From Spirogloea muscicola (lineage: Eukaryota): a DNA stretch of 58,027 nt. The notes under the pieces are model-generated. The model did no database searches. It saw only the letters and a list, made by a program, of their open reading frames with translations, and was not told where the DNA came from. The stretch is from the NCBI GenBank assembly GCA_009602725.1, contig WELB01000030.1:781390-839416 (forward strand), read 5' to 3'. Of the stretch, positions 25,901 through 37,300 are shown piece by piece. The first letter of the stretch is position 1; each line of letters opens with the position of its first letter. The position numbers and the translations under genes are program-made.

Positions 25901-28900
25901 AGCACCCTAACAGTGATGCCAAGCAAGCTGAAGTGAAGCTCTGAGTGTAATTAAGGTGATGGTAGGGAGTGGGTAATCCCTACCAAGTCATACACTTGAT
26001 GGGGGTCCACAACAGAAAGGAGGTCGTAGCAGAAGAATGCCAGGGAGCGGTTTAACCTCCTTGTCAAAGCAAGACCCTTTTTGGCCCTTTCCTGCACCTC
26101 TGCCAGTAGGCACTCAAACAATTGCCAGATACACCGGAACACATCGTCCTTGAGCTGCAGCGGTGGTTTTACCTCGCCTGCAAGGAGAGCGGCAAAAGTA
26201 GCATCAAGACGTGCAAGTAGCTACAACCTGCAGCACAAGTTCCAGCTTAGTGGTATTTGTAGGTAAAATCTACATTGACATTGAGCCACGCACTAAAGCT
26301 TGATCTGTGAAAGAAGGATTCTACAAACTGCAACGAAAGGCCTTGAGAGCCAAACTTTCACGAACCCGACTCAGTGTCGTTGACCGAGTGAGCAAGTTCC
26401 ACGGCCATAGACTTGACAAGAAGCTCCAAGAAGACCCATGCCATGCTCAGGACATCCTCATACACCGGGCCCACCCTGTAGCCTTTAGCCTGAAACAGAG
26501 CAGACAGCGGTTATACGCCCTCCGTAGCTCTAGAGAACTCTAGAGAACTCTAGAAACCGCCTATATATAAATGTGAGAACGAGCAGAAATGATGGAAGCT
26601 ACCAACCTTCGAACGAGCCAAGGAGCGCCACACAGAGCAAAGCCCAGGGTACACAGGCTGTGCGCGTGTCTCACAATCGTCATAAGCGTAGTCAACATAG
26701 TGCACTAGGTACTTGCTGCGGTCTGCAGTATCTCCAGACTCATGCTGGACTCTGCGCGAAGGAAGTCAAACCGTACATGAACAGCCTGACACACTTCAAC
26801 TTCTCTGCTCATCAAGTATTTCTTACTTGCAGCAATAAAGATGATGCAGATAACCAGTATCCTTAAGCATGAGGTAGACATGGTAGTCCTCTGTGTCCAG
26901 CAACACACCTGCTTAGCACGTTCACAACGGCCCGAAACGCAGCCACCTAGAACATCCAGAGCAAGCCAATGATACATGAGAACTGATCGACCTGACTTAG
27001 TCACACCCCGAGCATAATGCATCTCAAATTTGCGTGGATACCTGACCTTTCTCTGTTGAGGTCAGTCACCCTTGTGATTGACGTAGTTACCTGAAGAGTT
27101 TCACCACCATCACCAATCATGCGCAGAAGCATGTTCAGGATAGGCTGGAGATACTGGAGGATGGAATTTGTGTCAACGTTCTTCAAAGAGTTGATAGAGT
27201 CCAGTAAATCCGAGCCAACAGACGAGCTTGTTTTCAGTATGTGCTTGTCATATTCATTGAAGAACTCCCGAGCCTTGCTGTTGATTGGATAGACGGAGGA
27301 GCAGAGGCGCAATCTCAATCTGAATTGTGGCTTTCCCTCTTCCCAGTAGGAAAGGCTTTGCTGCTCAACAAATCCATGGAGGACATATCAACACGCGTCA
27401 GATAGCACGTATAAACTTCTCTGAACATGAACATGATTGGGGCATTGCATTTGCAGTATACGCAGTACGATAGGACTAGCAGCTCCTTGCTGAGCAATTT
27501 GTTTGCAACCCAGTGATGGACAGAGATACCTTCGTGGACTCTAGAAGGTAGTTAGGCATCAGCTCCTTAATGATGGGCAAACTGCCATCTGATTTAAGCA
27601 CCCTGGCAAAAGCACACGAGAGCTTGCTAAGCTTCCATACTCATTCCAATCCTGTACATGTGACGAAACAAAGCATCCCCCTTGTCTATGCTAATTCATT
27701 CATTATCATGTAGCTTGGTGTAAGGAGGATGCAACAACAGCGCCAGACAGCCAGCAGTCACTGGCAGCTCAGAAGTCCAATGTCTTGACTAGCACAACAG
27801 TTGAGCATGCATTTGGACGTACTGTGCTCCCATAGCTAAAGGTACTACAGAGTAGCCAACCACGACCTGCACGGACACAAAGTCAGAGGAGGACAAGGAG
27901 GAGCTTGTGAGTTCTACTTCACTTCACTGGCAACAAACAGCAACCCTAGTCCAGAAGATGGCTCATAGTCTGAGAGCAATTGGCCACCAAACCAAAGGCC
28001 AGCAGCGTACACTTAGAGTTTGACCAAGGCCGACCACGGCAGCAAAATCATGCTCACAGGTTTGGGAGGCTCCGTCTTGAGGAGGAGGTCCACGTGGAAG
28101 AATGTAAATAATAGGTGATGCTGTGTAGTGATAATTGCTGGAAGCCTTATCTTAAATTCATCATGAAATAGACAAACTTTCATTGACGAGGCTACTTGGC
28201 TGTATGCACTCCTTAGCATAGGGCCCTCATCTCCACGAGGGAAGATAGCCTGTAAACAGTGCCAAGCTCGTCAGTGCCTTGCAATTCACATGAGCCATTC
28301 ACAGTAACGAGCAATATACCGTATAAGAAAGCTTTCATGCCAGAGTCTCGATGCCAGACTTGAGGGCAGACCGTATGTGAGCACCGTATGACCGTATGAC
28401 ACTGCCTACGACATAAGCAACGCAATGGCTGGGCTTCCTTGCGTGCACAACAGTCTTACCTCAAGAGCAGGTTTGTTGAAGTCTGAGTCATCATTGCGGA
28501 GCTCAACGCGGATAAAAAGGTTACGCTTTTTGGTGACCGCGATTGATTGAGGGTACACGTACAGGCAATGCAGCACCTGGCTCAGGGGCTCGCTCCTACT
28601 GATGGAACGGAAGTCCAGGGCACGAAACTGCAATCAGGGCACATGTGCTTATCATGAGATTGACATAATTCCCATACTGTGTCATACACTACTCCACAAG
28701 AAAAGCAATGCTGGTATTTGATATGTCATGATTTCAGAATGCAGCCACATGGCAGGTACTTACCCCCTTGATGTCCATCTTCTCCCACAACAACACCCCA
28801 TCTGTACTCAATGACGGAAAGGTGTGTGGGTGATGACCATTTCCCTGTGGACTTTCGATTGAGATTGCGAAGGAGGCATTGGAGTCCAATGACATGGACC

Positions 28901-31900
28901 TGTCCAGCGCTGCTGGCCTCTTCATCCTGACAACACCAGCTGGGAGCTGGTATGAGCTCAGGTCCTGGGGCAATCGCTCTATCTCGAAACGCATGGTTGC
29001 TCGCACTGGCTTGTGCGCCTTCCGCTTCGGGTCCTGCAAGGCAAAGACCTCATGAGGAACAGTCAGGACCAGTAAAGACCACATTGCGCAATTCTTGACA
29101 TTACAGGCTGACCAAAAGCTTGACCCATTTCTGAATCCTGCTAACAATGCCAAGCCTGCACCAGTCCATGGGTGCCTTGGACCTGTAGCTGGTCCTCTGT
29201 GTAGCAATCCTTGATACGATTGAAGACTGGGATGTCGACCAGCACGGGAGGGCCTCCTTGCTCAACAACCAGGGGAGGGTTGTCAGGCCCCCCCCCGGGT
29301 GTTGTGCTTCCTCCTTCTGTACTAACTGGGGTAGACATGCCAGAGCTGGACGTGCTTGAAGCCACGCTCGAAGCAGAAGACGGAGTGATGGAACCAAAGC
29401 CACCAACACCTCCAGTCACGTTGGCATCGAAGAGCGGAATCGTGGTCCAGGCAAACGACTCTCGGAAAGGCATCACCTGTGCCCACTTCTGCAATTGCTT
29501 CTTTTCCTTCTCATTCAGCATCGGCTGCGACAGGGAACAGCAACAGCAGGCAGTCACTGCCTGCACATGCAAGCTCTCTTACAACCCAGATAGGAATGTC
29601 TGTACACATGCTGCATCTGCGTTCCTTAATGACCCTTGGGATAATCGGTAGTTTCGCAAGTGCCAGCTTGCCGCCTCTGTCAGGAGATTGACAACGTCAT
29701 GCACGTAGTCCAAGAGTGTGGCCTCCTACCGGAGTCTCACGAGCGTAGACATTCGACCTGACACCTGTGGGGCTCTCTTCTGTTGCCGGTTTCTCCATCT
29801 GCACCAGGAGGAAGACCGAAGCAGACGGAGCATCCAGAGAGAAGATAGCTCTCTTCTCTGGAGATGTACTTTCCTGAAATGAGGTAGCATCAAATGATCA
29901 AGTGAGGCTTACACGGGTTGCAACTGCTTCAGCACCAGCTGCTCTCACACCTACCGTCATTCGGTCAGGTGCATGAGACATGCTTGAAAGCTCACCACTA
30001 TCTCAGCGAAACATGGAAACATTCAGATTTCTAGCAAACCCGTGAAGGGTAGGCGCATGAGTGGCAAAGTGTACCCCTGGCCAGTCAGGAGGCAGGAATT
30101 GGAAGTAAAAGTCCTCGGATAGCTTCTCCTTCCGATTGTTGTGGTACAGGCAGATGGTTCCATATATGGGCTCCACCAAGCCAGCCTGTATGGTGAGTGA
30201 CAGCACTCTGACCGAGAACTTCATACCGCTGCAAAAGTGAGAAAGCGCATGGTCATTGCCGGCTGGACGCCCTTGCATGACTCCACAATTGATACCAATA
30301 CCTGATTGCTACAGGCCAAAGCTGACAAGCATTGCAGCTGGAAGTACAAGCTCAGAAAGCTTCACCAGCACAATCTCTCGGACATCCACGCCAGCACAAC
30401 TGAAACATGTGATGGGCTGTTGTCAGCTGCAACTCACCAAGGAGTGGTCACATTCGGCGGCCCAGGAGCTCTGTTGCCCTGGAACACTGAGCGCTCGTGC
30501 TCCCAGCTGAAGATAGGATCATAGGTGACCATTGGGGAGTAACCAAGGTGCTGCACCGAAATTTATATGATTACTGGTCTGGCAGGTGCTCAAGAGGTGG
30601 TCCAGAGCCCTGTTATGCTGCCCACTGACAGTCTCTAGCAACATTTGCATCCTTTCTTTACAAGCATCGCAAATTAGTTGGAGTACAATTCCAGCTTATG
30701 TTGTCTTCATTGCACACATCATCTGATGATCGAGAACACACTGCATGTTGCAGATGGCTGCACTATCGAGTCGACTACAAAGCTTGTGCTAGGCCCCAAG
30801 AAACCTCTAATTTCATATTCCTGTTAGGTTAGGCTTACCTCTTGGTGTCCACTGTCTTTCTCCCGGTCCACAGTGATGTCCTCGGGCGTCTTTGGCTCAA
30901 TGGCCAAACCCAGAAAGTGGGCATGGCCATTGGTATCAGGCTGGATGATGATTTTGGGCAACGGCGGCAGCGACCCAGGCGTCTGGGGGGAGAAGTTCTG
31001 GCTGGCAGCGGGCGAGTGCGGTGCCCGAGGTGGGAGGGGGCTCTCTGCCACAGCCAAAGCAGGAATGGCTGATGGTGAGCAGCCTGCACCATCCCAAGCA
31101 GGCCCAATTGCACCTCAACTGCCAAGCTACCGTGCTACGGCGGCCAAGTCCTCGTCACCGAGCTGCTGGCCGCGAGCCCGGCACTTGCACTCGGTAAGGC
31201 ATGTTGGTCAAGTGCAGCCGCTTCTCGAAGCCCCTGCCCTTTGCCGACGAGCTCTGCACTATCAAAGCTCGCCGACTCCTTCCTCAGGCCTGGCTTGCAC
31301 AGCCACCGCAGGAGCAGCCTGTTCCTTCGAGTCGTCCGCTGCAACTCACCGTGCTCGGGGCCCTGGCTCTCGAACACCTGCGGCTCGAGCGGCGGCGCCG
31401 GGACGCTCTCGTAGTGGCCATACTTGTTGTCCACGTGGATGAGGTCCCCCTTGTAGCACTGGACGAGCTCCAGCAGGTGCGGCCACGCCTCCAGGTTGCC
31501 ATGGAGCTGCGGCGGGACAGGCCACAGCAGCAGCAGGCGGGAGCCTCAGACGGCGAGGAGGCTCATGGCCAGGGGGCACGACGACGCCCGGGCTCGCCTG
31601 CTCAGCCACGCGACGAGCGGGCCCCGGCTGCGGCGCAGCCTTGCCAAGAAGGAGTGGCAGAGGCAGCGTCACAGAAGGACGGCGGTGAGCAGGAGCGCAA
31701 CGGAAGACAGAGCGCCGCAATGCACGCCCGCGCTGCCTTTCCAGTCACGCGGGCGCGGCCCTGCTTGCTGCCCTCGGCCCGGAGCTTCTCGAGCCGCCAG
31801 CAGGGCCTCCCGCAGCCATGGCGGCCGCGAGCAAGCGGAAGCGAGAGGGGGAGCCGCACCAGGGGGTCGACGTCGGCGGCGCAGCCCGCGGCGGCGCCGG

Positions 31901-31934
31901 GCCGGGGGAGGCGCTGCAGGCGCAGCAGGCTCAT
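19963..31934 (-). CDS. SPK1: SPIKE1, DOCK-family ROP/Rac guanine nucleotide exchange factor, many exons
   Basis: The N-terminus reads MSLLRLQRLPRP...DPL / GNLEAWPHLLELVQCYK...NKYGHYE. Internal exons include GLVEPIYGTICLY..KEKLSEDFYF, VMPFRESFAW, the DHR1 motifs LHCLYVYP..RNLFIRVELR and FHDEFKIRLP, and AKGYRVGPVYEDVLSMAW. DHR2 motifs are VPDLQIMWLLHLC..ESWAEAAQC, FLFDTPFT and LQRMLQGSVAVQVNSG. Confidence 0.95.
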
Positions 31935-32139
31935 GGCCGCGGAGCGCCGGCGCTAAATTGGCCGCGTCCGGGCCCCGNGCACGCCTGCGCCCCGCCGGCC
32001 GCGTCGTCGCGTCCCGGCCGCGTCGCTGTCGCCGCCCTGGCGGGCGCGCCCCACCCAGCTGTCGGGCGGCCCCCGCCAGGCTGGGCCACGGGGGCGTGTG
32101 GTGGCGCACCAAACGTCGGCCGCCCGACTATCCCCCCCA

Positions 32140-33250
32140 GCGCCAGGAACAGCTCTTCGAGTGTGAAGGCAATGGCTGCGAGAGGCCAGCCCAGAGGACA
32201 AGGTCCGCACGGAGAAGGGAGGCGCTTCCAGGAGAGGGCGGTGGCTGGGAGAGGCCAGCCCAGAGAGAAGAACAAACAATGTTCCGAAAGGGCCAGGGAA
32301 AGGGCTAAAAGCTAGCACACATGGAATCAAGCAGCTACGAGACACTCAGTAACCCCTGCTAAGCAGCCACAAGGGCCGGAAGGCGCAAAGCAACAGCTCT
32401 TCCAATGTAAGGCAAGGGCTGTGAATAGCCAGCCCAGAAAGAATGGACAATGTCCAAAGAGCCGAAAGGCGCCTAAACCACACAGCTATGCAAGAGACCT
32501 CAGCGAATGGGAGCCACGAAACTACTCTCCATGACTCCTGCAAGTGGGCGCTCAATAACCTCTGGTCAGCAAGTGCAGATCAGAATGACTAGAGGGCGGA
32601 GCCGGGCTCTTCCAGTAGAGGGCAATGGCTATGACTAGCCATCCGAGAAGAATGTACAAACCAAGTTCAAAGGGGCCAGAAAAGTGCTAAAGCACGAGGC
32701 AACTCAAGTGGCCACTGGGTGCTCAATATCCCGTTTTGAGCAGCTGCAGGTTCAAGAAACTAGTCTCCGGGTAGCGGTCCTCTGTCTATAGCCAGAGGCT
32801 GCAGCCTAAGCGCGACCAGTATGCAATTCAGCGCGTGTGCCATTGACCCCTGCAGCGACACTGACAAGCGCATGCGATACACCTGGGCGCGAGAGCCTGC
32901 TGTGTTGAAAGGCCTGCTTCCCTTGGGAATGTCGGGACACCGCGCTGCGCGCTAGCTGGTGCAGGAAATCGAGCCACCGAGCCGAAAGCCCCGTGGACGT
33001 CGACGGCAAGGTGGAACATCTCGTTTTCCGGCGGATGGTCAGCATGCTTTGCCTTGTTGCCTCGAGCCGCACTGGCCACTGCATGCCCTGCCTCGGAGGC
33101 AGATACAGTGAGGTTGGCGCGGTCGAACGCGTCTGTTGTCACCACGAAAACAGCTCTGGAAGGCGATGGCTGTGAGAAGGAAGCTCATCCAATTGGGCCG
33201 AGAGCTGTCAACGACGCTTCCAGCAGAGGGCTGTGAAATGCCAGCCCGCA
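32140..33250 (-). mobile_element. Head-to-tail stack of RLE non-LTR retrotransposon 3' fragments, minus strand
   Basis: Three successive C-termini read LLSRGY* (stop 32346-32348), SDLHLLTRGY* (32552-32554) and LQLLKTGY* (32723-32725). The last extends into a frameshifted RLE domain (AGHAVASAARGNKAKHADHPPENEMFHLAVDVHGAFG, ORF 32828-33145). Confidence 0.82.
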
Positions 33251-33254
33251 AAGC

Positions 33255-34165
33255 TTGAGGAATGAGCCAGTCGTACTTTCAACGAACCAGGTCCGAAAAG
33301 CCCGGGCTGGTGGGCGCCCCACCCAATACCCCGGCATCTCGCCGTACGGCCAGGCCGCCCAGCGCTGGCGTCAGCCCACGGCCTCGGCGCCGCCCCGCGG
33401 CCTCGCGTGGCTGGGGTGGTTTCTCTGCGACCACTTCTTTCCATGCGCCATGGACATATACGGCGGCTACGGAACGAAGTGGTCTTCTATCCTCCATTAC
33501 CTGGCACTGCATGTCGATGCCCGCCGACGTAGTCGGGCGGGTAGCTTAGGCCATTCTAGCGTCCCGCAAGCTATCGTAGCATGCTGTAGGATGCGGCTAT
33601 CATTAAGTCTGCAGCGCTCCCAGGCACTCGCGATTTACCAGCGTGCTGGTCGTGCATTAGCCCAAGCTAGTGGTTTCCGTGGTGGTGGTTTGGCGCCTCA
33701 GTATAGCTTTTCAGATATGCATGTGCTCACTCGGGGATACTAGTGTCCCCCTTAGCCAGCTCATTACCCAGTTAACAGGACATTTGTAAGGCTAGAACTG
33801 GCCTCCCTTTCAATTTCATGCGCACCGCGTGCCTTCTCTCTGGAGGATGTGAAAATCGTGGCCCCGATGGCCCAGCACGGTGCCTGGCAGTAAACTGGAA
33901 GAGCAGTTGTGTATTCGTTGGCAGTGCCCGCACCAGCTACGCTACCGCTCCTGGAGCTGCCACTGCTGCAGCCGTGCCTCACGAGCGAGGAGAGGAGACC
34001 CAGACACTAGTCTCTGACTGGCGGCTGCTCAACAGGGGATATTGGGCACCCAGTAACCACTTCGAGTTGCTGCATGCCTTGGCGCTGTCTGGCCCCTTTG
34101 CACTTTGTTCAGTCTTTTTCTGGACTGGCCAATCACACCCATCGCCCTCTACTGGAAGAGTCTTT
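33255..34165 (+). mobile_element. RLE non-LTR retrotransposon 3' fragments, plus strand
   Basis: ORF 33255-33743 ends DHFFPCAMDIYGGYG...RMRLSLSLQRSQALAIYQRAGRALAQ...SDMHVLTRGY*, with its tail at ~33790-33840. A second fragment, VSDWRLLNRGY plus tail, lies at ~34005-34160. Confidence 0.82.
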
Positions 34166-34314
34166 CCTGGAGAAGAGAGGGGGAGAGGCGGAGTCCAGTA
34201 ACCAGGTGAAGTCCAAGTGTCCTTCCCTACAAGGAGCTCCACTCGGCCCACAGGCAATAAGTATGCGCAACACCTTATACCTCGAGCACTCAGGTGCCTG
34301 TGGCACGCGCAGCT

Positions 34315-37300
34315 TCAGCTGGCACCAATCGAAGTTGGGCCATTGAGCTTGTCATTTCTGTTCTGACCTGACATCTTCTTAGAGACGGCGACAGCATCGG
34401 GCTGGCTGAAGATTGGGCTGCTGGAAGAGAAGCTATAAGAGAAGGAGGACGTGAAGTCGCTGCCGATTGCGGCTGCTCGAGAAGGGGGGGGGAGGCCGGT
34501 CGCATCCACGCTAAACGATCGCAAGGGGACCTCGCCATCCAGAGGTAAGTCTTCGAGAGTCTGGCAATAACAGCACTTGAACGAGGATGATCACTACCTT
34601 ACTTATTTGTCGTTCTTCTGTCCCACCCATGAGCTGCTGTTATTGGAGGCACAAATGTCAACCAAGTGGCATGATCACCTCGCCTTACCTCACCTCATCC
34701 TCACGTATCTCCAAATGCAGAGGGTCACGGCAGAGCTTTTAACATACTAATTGCAGCTCAGTAGTAGCAGTGAGGGCCGATGCCTCAACAAATTGCATAA
34801 ATACATCAAAAGGGGGTGTAGTTACCCATGATGCCTGTTGCAGGACTTTGAGAATCTCTTTACACCGTTTCCGCTTGAACGCTATCTCTTCCTTCTCCTG
34901 CAACAGATCATCTAACAAAGATTCCCTGCCAGAAAACCCACAACATGAACAGTTATCCGGTCATTGTAGCCACTCATACAAGCCCCTGGTGCTGCTCAGG
35001 GTGCTCAATCTGCAGCACCCAAGCTGTACAGTCTGTATGCCTGCTTGAACCTGCTCCAATTTGCCTCCTGCTTTCTTGGCACTTGCAAACGAAAGCGCCA
35101 TCATGAAATGTGCAAGATGGAAAGGCACAACACTCCAAGTGCCTCAGTAAGATCAAAATACCTATACAAGTGACGGATAAATACGTTGTGCAGCTCCCTT
35201 TTGACCTGATTGACCTGCGAAAACATAGTCTTCACGTAAGCAAACACAAATCTCTCCAGGTTTGAGTCAACTTACTTCTCTGTGCGGAGCTATCCAGCCT
35301 CCGTGTAATCATCACAGAGCCAAATCTCATGCTTCAAACAACAATGTGGATGATATGGAGAGCACAAATCCGTCTACCAGGAAGTGCATAATAGCCTTGG
35401 GTACTTGATCCTGCACATTCTTTCGCACAATGTCATAATAGGACTTCAGAAGGAGCTTGGTAACAGCTATTTCTGTTGCCTCCTGCTCTGTGTGCACGTC
35501 ACTTGCCCTCAGGACAGCTGGTGGCTGCAAGGCAGCAACCACGCAACATCCCCAGTCAGTAGTGATACATGAGATTAAGTGGTAGACAATGGAGTTGGGT
35601 GATGTCAGGCTGATCCATAGATTTACTATGTCGCACCTCCCTGAGAAGGATGCTCTGCGGTAACTCCTGCAGGGGCTCTGTGAGTGAGCTTGCAAGGGAC
35701 GCTGTCCTTCCACTCAGACTTCTATGCTCCTGGCTTGATGAGAAGATTGAGGAAATCCCCCAACCACCTTATTTACAGCAAGCAATGGAAAACAAGCATG
35801 AAACACAATGACAATCAACTTTGGAAACCATATGTATACTGCAGTCGTGTCATAGATTGACGTGACTGGCTCAAGTGTGTGCATGGTCCAGGTTGGTCCA
35901 GGTTCACATACATTTCTATTGTTGAGCCTGGCAAGTTTGTTCCATTTGCACGCTAACATACAATTTGTTAGAATGCTCACGGCAAGTACCTGATGTTGTG
36001 GGCTTTTCAGAGTGGTGCCCATTGTGAATAGACAAGCGAGCAGCCTGTGCGACAGGAATAGCAGACAAGCAACCAGGACTATTTGAGGAGGTCTCTAGCC
36101 AAAATCTGAACCACTTTGGACCTATTGAGTAGACAATATTGCTAACACAGCTTGTTACAGAAGACAGCTTGCTACGTCCTCTTTTGAAGGAAATGTGTGT
36201 CCCCGTCAGTTGGAATGGCAACAAGGGCAACATTGCTTCCAAAAGTGCAGACGGTCCGCAATAAGTGGGGTTAGAGGAGGGGTGGCTCACAGAGTCAGCA
36301 ACAACATTAACAGAAAGCCCATTGCGTGCTAGTATTGCTCGGGCTTTTGTTGGTGATTTCTCTGGGACTCTTTCTAATGGTTGCTCCTTCCAGTCTGTCA
36401 CTTCATTCTGCAATATACAAAAACAAAGCCAACATATGACAACCTAGTACGCTCAGGTGCCACGATGCATGGAAGCACTAAGGTCAGTACAAGCAAAACA
36501 TATTCACACCAGTCGAATGAGGAATAACATTTCAAGAATAGAAGTAAACTCAGCCATGCCTCATCCCTTGAATTCAGATACCTTCACAGATAGGCGGCTC
36601 TGTTGAAGAGCAACCTCGACTGCTTTGCTACCTCCAATGAAACTTGGATGGGAGGTGTTGATGTAGCCCATCTGATTGCCAGATAGACAAAGAACTTTAG
36701 CGTGTGCAGAGTCTGCTGTAAGCTCCTGTACGCTCCTCACCATCTTGCTTAAGGCATGCGAACTGTAAGCAGCAAATCCATGCCATTGTCTTTTTCTTTG
36801 TGCATCACAAATCAAACCAATCCTATCAGCTCAAGCATTTAAGCTCTCTGTAAAACCAGCTCTGACCTCCATGTTGACGAGGTGGCCAATCATGGTCTCA
36901 GCAGGAGCTAGCCCCTCCCTCAGGAAGCTGCCAACAGTCTCTTCAACCTTCCGCCTCAAGTTGGGAAATCTTTGCAACTCGTATGTTTCACATCGATGTG
37001 AGATCTGAGCAGTGCACAGATTTTTAGAGTTGATGTCATCAAGCATCCAAGTGTTGGCGGAGCGTAAGTTGCAGGTGACCTTGGTCCAGAAAGGATGAGA
37101 TCTCAGAGCAAGCTTCGAAGGTTTTGCTGACAGTTGCTTCTGTCATGCAAATACTTAAGGAAGACTGGAAGCTGTTTCCCCTCCTCCATCAGTTACGTCT
37201 TGCACAGGAGCCAACTTGCATGTATCCACATAACGCACGCATGCTTGTGAGAAATCTCACCTTTACTAGTTCGTCATAAATGAATCGTGCACATTGAAGG

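Noticed and set aside
32140..33250. Repeat-spacer-like pattern suggesting a CRISPR array
   Set aside because: The context is eukaryotic, the repeats are diverged and irregularly spaced, and there are no cas genes. Stacked retrotransposon tails explain it.
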